NCBI GenBank assembly: GCA_963675665.1
Contig: OY776510.1
Span: 288,001 to 352,000 of the forward strand
Length of the DNA stretch: 64,000 nucleotides
Source: Spirochaetia bacterium
Lineage (GTDB): Bacteria; Spirochaetota; Spirochaetia; UBA9216
Direction of reading: 5' to 3'
The notes beneath the pieces were generated by a model that was given only the letters and a program-made list of their open reading frames with translations, had not been told where the DNA came from and ran no database searches. A program made the translations under genes and the position numbers. This document shows, in pieces, positions 38,717 through 48,629 of the stretch; within the stretch, counting starts at the first letter, position 1; every line of letters starts with the position of its first letter.

Positions 38717-40224
38717 CAGCAAATCCCCTCGCCGTTTGCTGCAAGAAGAACACTTTCCTCGGTACAGCCCGATTGATCCATTTCATGTATAAGATGTCCC
38801 TGACGCAGGACTATGACTCTGTTCGACAAGGAAACCAGCTCGGGAAGATCCGAAGAGATTAACAGAATGGTCGTTCCGGTTGCCGCCAATTTTTCTATCG
38901 ACTTATGAATTGTCATTTTGGCGCCTATATCTACCCCCCTGGTCGGTTCATCAAGAATAAGAACCTTCGGTTCCATTGCAAGCCATTTGGCAAGCAGAAC
39001 CTTCTGCTGGTTCCCTCCCGACAGGTTCCCGGTGATCCGCTCCGGATCAGGCGGATAAATTGACAACTCGCCAATCAGGTCTTTTACCTTTTGAAGACCT
39101 TTGGCTTCCTGATAAACACCATTCGGTGAAAGCTGCGGTATTATTCCGGCAAGGATATTTTCTTTCACATCAAGTCTCAATGCAAGACCTTCAGTTTTCC
39201 TGTTTTCAGTAAGATAGGTTATACCGTCTTTGAGGGCATCGGCCATTGTCCGCGGCCTGATTTCCTTATTGTCAATTAATACCCTGCCCCCGGATCTGTC
39301 ATCAAGACCGACCAAAACCCTTGCAAGCTCACTTCGTCCGGCGCCCGAAAGCCCGCAGATACCGAGAACTTCGCCCTTATGAGCTTTGAAAGACACATTA
39401 TGAAAGAAACCGTACCGTGAAAGATTTTCAACCTCAAGCCTCACTTCCTGCTGGGAATGGCTTTCATGGGAATAGAATTCCTTTACAGAACGGCCCACCA
39501 TCATCTGAACAAGCTCTTCACTTGTAACGTCTTCAATATTTCTTGTATCGATGCGTTTCCCGTCGCGCATGACCGTCACCCTGTCGGCTATCTCAAAAAT
39601 CTCCGGAAGATGATGTGATATATAAATGATAGCAAGACCGCGGTTTTTAAGCCTTTTGATTATTTCAAACAGCCTTTCCACTTCTTCCCGGGATAAAGCA
39701 GAAGTAGGCTCGTCCATAACCAGAATGCAGGGATTATTACCAAGAGCCTTGCCTATTTCTACCAGCTGACTTTCATGCTGGCTGATTTCTTCAATTTCGA
39801 TATCCGGGTCAAGATGCTCAAGCCCTACCAGCTTCAGACAACGCTTTGTCTCCTTGAAGATTTTTTCCTTGTCGAGAAACAACCCTTTTTTGGGAAGCCG
39901 CCCGACAAGCACGTTTTCGGAGATGCTCAACGGAAGGGCAAGACTCAGCTCCTGATATATCATCTCGATGCCGTTCCTTTTTGAAGCTACCGGGCTATAC
40001 AGCCTGGTTTCTTTTGAAGCAATATATATTTCACCTGAATAATCATCAAAAGATCCGGCAATAATCTTCATCAGGGTCGATTTACCTGCGCCATTCTCGC
40101 CTATAAGAGCATGAACTTCTCCTGCCCTTACATCAAAATCAACATTATCCACGGCGAGTGTGCCCGGGAAACTTTTACTGACACCCTTCATCCTTAATGC
40201 TATACCTAATTCCTGGTCACTCAA
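38716..40224 (-). CDS. Sugar ABC ATP-binding protein (RbsA-like, two ATPase domains)
   Basis: GENGAGKST, DEPT, LSGGNQQK and DEPTRGVDIGAK. Confidence 0.93.
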   Translation of the reverse strand: MSDQELGIALRMKGVSKSFPGTLAVDNVDFDVRAGEVHALIGENGAGKSTLMKIIAGSFDDYSGEIYIASKETRLYSPVASKRNGIEMIYQELSLALPLSISENVLVGRLPKKGLFLDKEKIFKETKRCLKLVGLEHLDPDIEIEEISQHESQLVEIGKALGNNPCILVMDEPTSALSREEVERLFEIIKRLKNRGLAIIYISHHLPEIFEIADRVTVMRDGKRIDTRNIEDVTSEELVQMMVGRSVKEFYSHESHSQQEVRLEVENLSRYGFFHNVSFKAHKGEVLGICGLSGAGRSELARVLVGLDDRSGGRVLIDNKEIRPRTMADALKDGITYLTENRKTEGLALRLDVKENILAGIIPQLSPNGVYQEAKGLQKVKDLIGELSIYPPDPERITGNLSGGNQQKVLLAKWLAMEPKVLILDEPTRGVDIGAKMTIHKSIEKLAATGTTILLISSDLPELVSLSNRVIVLRQGHLIHEMDQSGCTEESVLLAANGEGIC

Positions 40225-40354
40225 TTTTTATCCTCTTTCAAATAAACTAATACAGTTTAATGGTAAACCCGTAAAAATTATCACTCAACAGTGAATATTA
40301 GTTATTCATCTGTAATTTCTTGATACTTCTTGTAATTTTTTACTGTTCCGGTGC

Positions 40355-40678
40355 TCAATCAAGATGATAGAGCTCTTCCATATCAGCCCACCATTCTCCG
40401 TCTTTTCTGGTCTCAAGAGGCTTCTGCATCGGCATCATAATATCCCACCATTCCCGCGTCTTAGGATCATCAGCCATTTTTCTCATATCAGCCTCATAAT
40501 CTGAACCGACATACTCAAAATAGGCAAATAACATTCCGTCTTTATAGAAAATGGAATAGTTTCTGATATTACACGCGCTTATCATTGTGTTTATTTCAGG
40601 CCAGACCTCTGCATGATATTTTTTATAACTGTCAAAATGTTCCGGTCTTACTCCAATAAGCTGTCCGAATCTTCTCAC
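40355..40678 (-). CDS. rhaM: L-rhamnose mutarotase family protein
   Basis: YKKYH..VWPE, IRNYSIF, LFAYFEY and WW..M....H. Confidence 0.82.
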   Translation of the reverse strand: MRRFGQLIGVRPEHFDSYKKYHAEVWPEINTMISACNIRNYSIFYKDGMLFAYFEYVGSDYEADMRKMADDPKTREWWDIMMPMQKPLETRKDGEWWADMEELYHLD

Positions 40679-40939
40679 CTCATATCCTCCGTTTTTAATA
40701 TCCTAACACGAATTTTTTACATGTCAAGTTATTTTGTTAAAATTTTATCCTCATTGGTAATATTTTTAACAAATTTTAGCTAATATTTTTGATAAACAGG
40801 GTTTTTTGGGGATTATACACCCTCAAACATCATTTATACTGGCTGTATTTGCTAAATTTTGCTAAAATATTTTTTATTTCAATTGACAACATCATAATAA
40901 GTGATAAAATACTGCTAAATTATTTTACCTGGATTGTTT

Positions 40940-41965
40940 ATGAAACCGAAATTACGAGATGTTGCAGAACGCGCAGGCGTATCAATTACAGCCGCTTCGA
41001 TGGCTCTTTCAGAATCCGGCAGAATTTCTGACGAAACAAGAAAGAAGGTTCTGAAAGCCGCAGAGGAACTGGGATATAAACGCAAACAGAAATCAAACAG
41101 GATTACGAGTTTTAATCATGTCGGAGTTTTGGTCAGCACTGATTATAAATGGGCGTTCATCTGGAAGTTTATCCGTCCGCTAATCGAGCAGATAGAAGTG
41201 GAGCTTAAGGCATATGATCTTAATCTCATCCTGATACCCATTTCTCACGATTCCTCACCGGAAGCAATATATAAAAAGATAACATCGTCTGGCTCCGGCG
41301 CGGTAATTTCGCTTCATTACGGCAACGACGACCTTTTTACAAGGCTTGAAAACACCGGAACCCATGTTATAGTAGTCATGAAATCGGACTTTCATGACCG
41401 TTATTACTCGGTTTGCGTAGACGACTTTCAGGGAGCATACGAAGCCGGCTGTCATTTAATCAGGCTCGGACATAAAAAAATTGCTTATGTAGGTGTAGAA
41501 CGCCCCGAGCTGCCTGCTCTTTCCAACGACAGGTTTATCGGCTTTAAAAAGGCAATGGATGTTAACGGTTTGACGCTTCCGGACGAAAACATATTTGAAT
41601 TCGAGACGGGGCACATGGACAAGCTCAGAAAAGATCTGTATCCGGTATTCAACCCGGGAAAAACCGAACGTCCTACTGCGGTATTCTGTCTCGATGATGA
41701 CCTTGCGCTCAGAGTAGTTATGGCGCTTCGCGATATGACCCTTTCCATCCCTGAAGATGTTTCCATCATTGCTCCCGGCGACGTGCTTGATTATAATTTG
41801 CCCTATATACCGCCAATCACCACCATGCAGATAGACACATCCTATATGGGGAAAATAGTCGCACAGATGCTTGTAAACAGAATAGAACATTCTCCGGACT
41901 CGCAGCACGGATTGAAAGTTCAGCAGCACCTTGTAGAACGGGGCAGCTGCCGGGCTTTAAAATAA
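40940..41965 (+). CDS. LacI-family regulator
   Basis: LRDVAERAGVS..S.AL HTH; TTGACA-N16-TAAAAT upstream. Confidence 0.9.
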   Translation: MKPKLRDVAERAGVSITAASMALSESGRISDETRKKVLKAAEELGYKRKQKSNRITSFNHVGVLVSTDYKWAFIWKFIRPLIEQIEVELKAYDLNLILIPISHDSSPEAIYKKITSSGSGAVISLHYGNDDLFTRLENTGTHVIVVMKSDFHDRYYSVCVDDFQGAYEAGCHLIRLGHKKIAYVGVERPELPALSNDRFIGFKKAMDVNGLTLPDENIFEFETGHMDKLRKDLYPVFNPGKTERPTAVFCLDDDLALRVVMALRDMTLSIPEDVSIIAPGDVLDYNLPYIPPITTMQIDTSYMGKIVAQMLVNRIEHSPDSQHGLKVQQHLVERGSCRALK

Positions 41966-41968
41966 CAG

Positions 41969-43273
41969 TCAGCCCGCATACTCTTCTGCAATATGGGATG
42001 CAATTGTCTCCCATTCCCACAGCCGCCGGGGGTCATATCTGACAGTAGAAATATCCTTCATTATCAGTTCAACATTGCATTTACCTTCGGTTTTATCAAG
42101 AAAATCACGAATCTCCTGCCCGGCCCGTTTCGGGTCCCAGCGGCTTTCAGCAAGAATGGCAGGGTTCGGTTTGCGGCTCATTACATAATAAGGTCCAAGA
42201 TTTTCAATCGCCCGTTCAGTCTTTGACCACGGACTTACCGAAACCTTTCTCAGATTCGGTATGCGTTTGAGGATATCGGCTTTTCCGTCAAGGGGCTCAC
42301 AGCAACCGTAATATGTATGCTTCCATCTTTTGAGCCAGCGCAGATCATGTTCAATCGCAAAATCCCGGTGCATTTCCGGCGACACTTCGCTGAAAATCTG
42401 CGCATTTGAGCATCCCCACATGTTTTCAGGTTTAATATAACCAGGATTATATTCGTCGCCCGGCAGGTCGGAAACATAGCCGTAACCCCCGGAACCTATT
42501 CTTGTATTATCACAGTCAAGCGAAAGAAGATTTTGATCTACAAACTGATCAAGCTCGATCATCCATGCGTCTACCATTCTGTCTACAAATGCATGAACCA
42601 TATCCGGTCTCATGACAAGATCCATCATGGCCTCCTGCACCCCCCACCAGCGGATTAGATAGTCCCATGGGGTAAACCAGATATGGGTTTGCCCGACTTT
42701 TTTTACCGGTATAATACCTTCATACAAGTCTTTCATAGCATTGAAACTGTACTCGGTAGCTTTTTCATAGTGGCTGACCACAGGCATTTTAATCTTCTCG
42801 AGATCATCCATACTTTTTATCTGAATCTCGAAATGCCTGGAATAGATATCGTTCTCAGCATCGGTTTTAACAACCTTTACTTCTTCAATAATCCCGAAAT
42901 CAGTGCTGTGGATAACCAGCGGGCATTCAATAAACGGATTCACAATCATATCCCCGGGCATATGATTCCATTGGTAAATGGTCCTTCTAAGCCTGAGTTC
43001 AAGCTCCCTTGCCCATGGATGTTCCGTCTTTAATGTAAGCTCATCGTTGACATTCATTTCATGCCAGGGGATTTCATTTATCCAGATCATCGGCCGCCTG
43101 GACTTCAAATCATTTAAATTCTTCCAGAGCTCCGCTCTCTGCATGTTCACCGAATCAGAGGATATTTCGGCAATTTCCCCGCCCAGCTTTTTCAGAATTT
43201 CTTTTTCTTTATCTTTCAAGATTATTTCCGCCTCAACAGGGGGGGCTTCTTTATGACTGGGATCGTGCAGCAT
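41969..43273 (-). CDS. Divergent URO-D-like TIM-barrel protein with a YGCCE motif
   Basis: DLVMRPDMVH, VSPEMH.DF, YYGCCEPL, SPW, KPNP and MKDIST. Confidence 0.6.
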   Translation of the reverse strand: MLHDPSHKEAPPVEAEIILKDKEKEILKKLGGEIAEISSDSVNMQRAELWKNLNDLKSRRPMIWINEIPWHEMNVNDELTLKTEHPWARELELRLRRTIYQWNHMPGDMIVNPFIECPLVIHSTDFGIIEEVKVVKTDAENDIYSRHFEIQIKSMDDLEKIKMPVVSHYEKATEYSFNAMKDLYEGIIPVKKVGQTHIWFTPWDYLIRWWGVQEAMMDLVMRPDMVHAFVDRMVDAWMIELDQFVDQNLLSLDCDNTRIGSGGYGYVSDLPGDEYNPGYIKPENMWGCSNAQIFSEVSPEMHRDFAIEHDLRWLKRWKHTYYGCCEPLDGKADILKRIPNLRKVSVSPWSKTERAIENLGPYYVMSRKPNPAILAESRWDPKRAGQEIRDFLDKTEGKCNVELIMKDISTVRYDPRRLWEWETIASHIAEEYAG

Positions 43274-43367
43274 CTTCTCAACTCCTGATTAATTATCTGA
43301 TCAATTGATAAACCTGATATATTCAGTCGTCAATCCGCTTGTCTATTTTTTACAGTTGGTTTGTAAA

Positions 43368-45080
43368 TTATTGATGTGATTTTCTGTCGCCCTGGTTGTA
43401 CTCTGACGGGTAGACCCCGGTATATTTCCTGAAAGTGTTATAAAAATAGTTTGCATCGGTGTATCCAACTTCGGCAGCTATCTGGTTAGCCTTCATTCCG
43501 GTTGTGTTTAAAAGCTCCTTTGCTTTTCTTATTCTTAAAGAATTCAAATAGCGGGAAAAGTTCTCGCCGGCTTCTTCTTTGAATAATTTGCCGAGATAAG
43601 CCGGAGACAGATCAAACTGGTAGCCTAAAACCTTCAACGACAACGGATTCTGATAGTTATTGTCAACATACTCAACAATCTGCTGAATAAGGGTCCTGGG
43701 TCTTGCACGATCGATTGATAAAAGGTTAATGATTTCAAGTGCTGTGCTCTTCAGCCAGTCGAGAGTTTTCTCAATGGTTTTATACTGAAAAAGCTGTTTA
43801 AACAGTGATTCATAACCGCCTACTATTTCCTTTTCATTCATTTTATTTGTTCTGATAATATTCAGCAGATTGGAAAGCAACTCAACAGCAAAACCGCGAA
43901 AATACTCCTCACTGATAATTCTTCTGATTGTGAAACTCTGATAGATCCCGGAAAAAAAGCGTTCTACCGCCTCACGGTTGCATTCAAGAACCATCTGATA
44001 CAGGTAATCAAGATCAATTTCTTCCGGTGTATTGGATTCGAGAAAAAAGTCATCGACATTGTCTGCCGTTAGCATCTGAATGGGCAGATACCTGAATGGT
44101 TCTACTTCAAGTCCGTTAAACCAGTCTATTGCAAGCTGAATTGCAAGCGCTCCGTCAAGCCTTGCAGACTGATAGGTTGTTAAATCAAGCCGTCCCTCTT
44201 TGAGCATCCTCATTCCGACAAAACTGCTGCCGTTTGCTGCCCGAACAATGTCTGTCCGACCGGCTTCTTCCAGGGCACGGTTTATTCCCTGCTGGGCTAC
44301 ATTGTCATCAGCGCTGACTATTCCCTTCAGCTCACTGCCGAATTCTTCTATCCATGATTTAACCTGCATGTAAGTTTTTTCTTTATCAAGCCTGGTACTC
44401 TCAACCCCAAGAAGCTTCATCTCCGGAGCAATTTCGTTCAGCTCTGTAATGAGGCCCCATTTCCGTCCAAGGTAAGCCGATGAACCGGGGATATGACATA
44501 TAACTGCATAACCGCCGCAATAGTCCATCATTCCCGCAAAACGGCCGGCTAGCACCCTGAACTGCCCCCAGTCGTCAGGCCCTGTCCAGGCAAGAATATA
44601 TTTCAATGCCTCGGGGTCCGGAACCAGATTACTTGCAACAACAGGAATTCCGGCCTTATTAATTCTGCGGTAACAGTCTACACTATCGGAAGCACTCTCA
44701 GGAACAAGAATAATCAGATCGGGTTTTGATTCTATGGCTTCTTCAACCTGCCGGGCCTGCGTATCCATATCCCAGCCGGAATGAAAAAACACCAGTTTTA
44801 TCCCGAAAGGTTCAGCTGTTTCTTTCATTCCGGCTTCATATTCAGAGTGATAAGGGTGTTCCGGTAAAAGACAGATAACATTCTTGCCTTTTGCCCCATC
44901 CATGGGCGACGGCGGAATATTTTCCTTCTTTACTCCCCAGCCGGGGTATTCTTTATCATACCAGTGAAGACGATTATTCTCAGGGTAGTCTTCAGGATGT
45001 TTCGGTCTTTGGGGAATTTCTTTTCTGCCGCCCACCCAGAGAATAGGCTTTCTTCCGTCTGCATGATTATACGGACCCAT
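43368..45080 (-). CDS. AraC-family regulator fused to an N-terminal sugar-binding-protein domain
   Basis: About 345 aa Peripla_BP domain with no signal peptide; C-terminal LSPAYLGKLFK..G and IAAEVGY.D..YF..FRK.TG..P HTH. Confidence 0.88.
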   Translation of the reverse strand: MGPYNHADGRKPILWVGGRKEIPQRPKHPEDYPENNRLHWYDKEYPGWGVKKENIPPSPMDGAKGKNVICLLPEHPYHSEYEAGMKETAEPFGIKLVFFHSGWDMDTQARQVEEAIESKPDLIILVPESASDSVDCYRRINKAGIPVVASNLVPDPEALKYILAWTGPDDWGQFRVLAGRFAGMMDYCGGYAVICHIPGSSAYLGRKWGLITELNEIAPEMKLLGVESTRLDKEKTYMQVKSWIEEFGSELKGIVSADDNVAQQGINRALEEAGRTDIVRAANGSSFVGMRMLKEGRLDLTTYQSARLDGALAIQLAIDWFNGLEVEPFRYLPIQMLTADNVDDFFLESNTPEEIDLDYLYQMVLECNREAVERFFSGIYQSFTIRRIISEEYFRGFAVELLSNLLNIIRTNKMNEKEIVGGYESLFKQLFQYKTIEKTLDWLKSTALEIINLLSIDRARPRTLIQQIVEYVDNNYQNPLSLKVLGYQFDLSPAYLGKLFKEEAGENFSRYLNSLRIRKAKELLNTTGMKANQIAAEVGYTDANYFYNTFRKYTGVYPSEYNQGDRKSHQ

Positions 45081-45125
45081 AAACAGATAATAACAGATTT
45101 GAAAGCTTTTCCCAAATACTTTAAA

Positions 45126-46379
45126 TCACAGACTGAACTCTCTTGCCGCCTCAAACATTGCAAGTATGTTCTGCGGCGGGATATCGGGCATTATGTTATG
45201 AATATTGGCAAAGACAAAGCCTCCGCCCGGGGCAAGAATTTCCATCCGCCTGGTTGCTTCCGCCTTAACCGCAGAAACCGACCCGTTTTTAAGAATATCC
45301 CGGACCTCCATTCCACCTCCCCAGAAAACCATATCAGATCCGAATTCCTTCTTTAACCGTTCCGGCTCCATATTCAGACAGTTTGTCTGAACCGGATTGA
45401 TTATATCAATTCCGGAATTTATAAAATCAGGAATATACTGATAGACGGAGCCGCAGGTATGAAGAAATGTTTTCATCCCGGTATTTTTATGCACATAATC
45501 AGACAGTCTCTTTCTATGCTCATGAAAAAGCTCCCGGTAGACAGCAAGACTCATAAACGGTCCCGAATCCATGCCCAGATCATCCCCAAAACGGATAATA
45601 TCAACAATATCTCCGACACTTTCACAGACCGCTTCAAGGCTTTTCATGTGCCGTTCCATTAATAATTCAAGAAGGACAGAAACCTTGTCTTTCCCGGTGT
45701 ATAAATCCATCAGGAAATTATCCATCCGGCGCAGAAAGGTTCCCCATTCAAAAAGGTTGCAGCCTATTACAACCATCAAAGCCTTGTCAGTCTGTGCTCT
45801 CAGCTGTATTGTCCTTTCACGAAGCTGTTCATAAAAATCCGGTTCTGAAGCATGATCCCACGGGCTATGGACAAAATGAGCCCATAAAACCTTATCCATT
45901 GCTTCATCCAGCGCCTCATCCATTGCATTTCGGCCTTCCGGATAACCTTCCAGAAACGGAAATACCGTCTGATCAAAAAAGGTAGCGCTCTCAGGCATTA
46001 CTGCTATAATCTCTCCGTTGCCGTGCCTCGCTTCCCAGGCGCCGGCATCATTTTTTTCAGGTTTAAACCATGAGGGATAATATGCAGTTTTTCCTGTCGG
46101 CAGTTTCATTTGAGTCCAGTCAGTTTCACTGTTATTGAAACTGCGTCCGATATCAAGAACATCAACCCCGAGAAGATCAATCAGCTCCGGCCCGGGCTGA
46201 GCAAGCTGCTGTACAACATCATAAACAAGAGTAGGATCATCCTTCCGTCCCAGATACTCCACAAGATTACGGTGCGCTATGGCAGAAATGCCGGCACTTG
46301 GATTGGAACCGAGATCAATCGGGGGCCTGTCAGGCTCTTTATGATTGATTGACAGCAGTACTCGATCTCTTGAAGTCAT
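45126..46379 (-). CDS. URO-D/MtaA-CmuA superfamily protein 3
   Basis: MTSRDRV..H.EPDRPP, FGDDLG, LHTCG, NPVQ, GGGFVF..HNI and PPQNI. Confidence 0.85.
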   Translation of the reverse strand: MTSRDRVLLSINHKEPDRPPIDLGSNPSAGISAIAHRNLVEYLGRKDDPTLVYDVVQQLAQPGPELIDLLGVDVLDIGRSFNNSETDWTQMKLPTGKTAYYPSWFKPEKNDAGAWEARHGNGEIIAVMPESATFFDQTVFPFLEGYPEGRNAMDEALDEAMDKVLWAHFVHSPWDHASEPDFYEQLRERTIQLRAQTDKALMVVIGCNLFEWGTFLRRMDNFLMDLYTGKDKVSVLLELLMERHMKSLEAVCESVGDIVDIIRFGDDLGMDSGPFMSLAVYRELFHEHRKRLSDYVHKNTGMKTFLHTCGSVYQYIPDFINSGIDIINPVQTNCLNMEPERLKKEFGSDMVFWGGGMEVRDILKNGSVSAVKAEATRRMEILAPGGGFVFANIHNIMPDIPPQNILAMFEAAREFSL

Positions 46380-46623
46380 TAAAATCCCCCAAATATAAAG
46401 GTTATGTTTATCAATAATTTTGCTTTATTTTACCTTACCATATCACCTGTATTTTAGCATATAGTCTTCTCAAGTCAAGAAAAATGTTTATATTTAATTT
46501 ATATATTCAAATTTTACCAACTTCTTTATCATATTTTACTATTTTCCGTTATATTTTACCACTATTTTACTTGTTTAATGATAAAATATATTATAATATA
46601 TTTTATCATTACAAGGAAGAACC

Positions 46624-47631
46624 ATGGTTAAATTATCCGATATTGCACTGGAGGCCGGGGTATCCGTCACAACTGTTTCGATGGCGCTCTCGGGAAAAGG
46701 CAGAATCTCTACTGAAATAAGACAGAAGGTGCAGAAGTCTGCAGACAAACTTGGTTATGTAAAAAAGAAAAGATGTTCTTCCGAATCAGTCTGGGCAGTA
46801 CTTGTTCCGATGTCCGAGCAATGGGATTCAATATGGCATTTTATCAGACCTGTCATAGATAACATTACAAAAACCGCCGTCAGGAACGGGATTGGCTGCT
46901 GCATAATTCCTGTTTATCCGGAGTTTACTGTTTCAGATGTTAAATCATCCTTACATCATCATAAAGCTGCATCCGTATTCTCCATACACTTCGGAAATAC
47001 AGAACTTTTTGAGAGTCTTGAGAAAGAAGGGATTCCGGTTGTTGTAATTAATAATTCGCAATATCAGGAAGGATATTTCTCAATCTGCGTAGACGACTTT
47101 CAGGGGGCATATGAGGGAACAAAACACATTATCAATAAAAAGCATACTGCTATTGCATTTCTGGATTACCCGCGTCCAATGCTGCCCAATCTGGCATCAG
47201 ACAGATATTTCGGTTTTTTAAAGGCAATTGAAGAAGAAAATATTCAGTTCAAAGAAGAATGGAAAATTCAAATAGATCTTGATGATATTACCGAGCTAAA
47301 AAACAGGTTAAAAAAGATGCTTGAAAAAACACCGGCGCCTACGGCTTTCTTTGTTCACGATGATTTCATGGCTAACCGTTTAATATTTATACTTAATGAA
47401 CTCGGTCTGTCGGTTCCCGAAGATATTTCAATTACTGCTCCGGGAGATACATTGAATTACTCTTTCCCTGAAACGGCTAGAATAACCACAATGAGCATCA
47501 ATACAGGGTTGATGGGCAAATATGCCGCAGACATGATGCTTGAACGTGAATCAGGCGGGTACCAGGAAAGTCATGTTCTAAAAATAAAACAGCAGCTTAT
47601 TATAAGAGGCTCAACTCTCACCAGAGACTGA
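46624..47631 (+). CDS. LacI-family regulator, paralogue of 40940-41965
   Basis: LSDIA..AGVSVTTVS HTH; shares W.FIRP, CVDDFQGAYE and APGD..ITTM with the other LacI. Confidence 0.9.
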   Translation: MVKLSDIALEAGVSVTTVSMALSGKGRISTEIRQKVQKSADKLGYVKKKRCSSESVWAVLVPMSEQWDSIWHFIRPVIDNITKTAVRNGIGCCIIPVYPEFTVSDVKSSLHHHKAASVFSIHFGNTELFESLEKEGIPVVVINNSQYQEGYFSICVDDFQGAYEGTKHIINKKHTAIAFLDYPRPMLPNLASDRYFGFLKAIEEENIQFKEEWKIQIDLDDITELKNRLKKMLEKTPAPTAFFVHDDFMANRLIFILNELGLSVPEDISITAPGDTLNYSFPETARITTMSINTGLMGKYAADMMLERESGGYQESHVLKIKQQLIIRGSTLTRD

Positions 47632-47640
47632 CCCGTTAAA

Positions 47641-47668
47641 CAGGGGGCTGCAACAATGCGCCCCCCTG
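47641..47668. terminator. GC-rich hairpin between convergent genes
   Basis: CAGGGGG..CCCCCTG stem. Confidence 0.55.
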
Positions 47669-47675
47669 CGGCCCT

Positions 47676-48629
47676 TTATTCCGGACGCTCAATCATAAAG
47701 TCTACGCCGTCGGCTTTCGGAGCGCGCGAACGGCGGACCAGACCGGCCACTGCAACCACAGTAAGGACATACGGCAGGATGATAAACAGTTCTTCGGGAA
47801 TATTAAGTTCCAGGGCTATCTGCAGCCTGACCTGAAGCGCGTCCGCAAAACCGAAAAACAGGGACGCGATAAAAGCGCCTATGGGGGCCCATCCGCCTGA
47901 AATCATGGCGGCCATCGCAATAAATCCGCGGCCGCTGCTCATTCCCTCGGTAAAAGAAACAGCGTTTTCAATCGAAAGATATGCGCCGGCAAGGCCCGCC
48001 ATCATTCCCGAAACAAATACGCCGATATATCGCATCCTGTACACGGAAACACCGATTGTTTCCAGCGCCAGAGGATGTTCGCCTGCGGCCTTTATATGCA
48101 GGCCGAGCTTTGTCCTCTTCAGAAAGAATGTAAAAAATATTATCAGAATAAAACTGAAGTATATAATCGGAGTCTGGTTGAAAAATATCGGCCCGAGAAC
48201 CGGTATTTTTGAGAGACCCGGTATGGCCCACTGAAAATCCTTAAGCGAGTGTACGATAGGATCGGTTGTTCCGGGATGGCCGTAGATTACAACCATCAGG
48301 TACCGGACAAGTCCAAACGCAAGGATGTTCAGGACAGCGCCCGAAACTACATGCTCTAAATGGAGACTTACCGTGGCAAACGCATGCAGAAGCGAAAAAA
48401 CGCCCCCGGCCAGAACGGCAAACAATAGGCCGAGCCACGGGTTGCCGGTAAACATAGCGCCGACAAGACCGGTAAAGGCCCCGACTATCATCATTCCTTC
48501 CATAGCGATATTTACAACGCCGGATCGTTCACAGATAGTCGCTCCTATAGCTGCAAGGGTTATCGGGGTAGAAAGCCTGACAGTAGCGACAAGCAGTTGA
48601 GTATTAAAAATCTGGGCAAGCACTTCCAT
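47676..48629 (-). CDS. Nucleoside ABC permease (NupC/YufQ-like)
   Basis: ERSGVVNIAMEG, GEHP.A and GRGFIAMAA. Confidence 0.9.
   Translation of the reverse strand: MEVLAQIFNTQLLVATVRLSTPITLAAIGATICERSGVVNIAMEGMMIVGAFTGLVGAMFTGNPWLGLLFAVLAGGVFSLLHAFATVSLHLEHVVSGAVLNILAFGLVRYLMVVIYGHPGTTDPIVHSLKDFQWAIPGLSKIPVLGPIFFNQTPIIYFSFILIIFFTFFLKRTKLGLHIKAAGEHPLALETIGVSVYRMRYIGVFVSGMMAGLAGAYLSIENAVSFTEGMSSGRGFIAMAAMISGGWAPIGAFIASLFFGFADALQVRLQIALELNIPEELFIILPYVLTVVAVAGLVRRSRAPKADGVDFMIERPE

Noticed and set aside
33086-46379. Calling the URO-D-family genes hemE, or pyrrolysine-containing methyltransferases
   Set aside because: No HemE RQAGR motif or haem-pathway context; the ORFs have no in-frame amber codon
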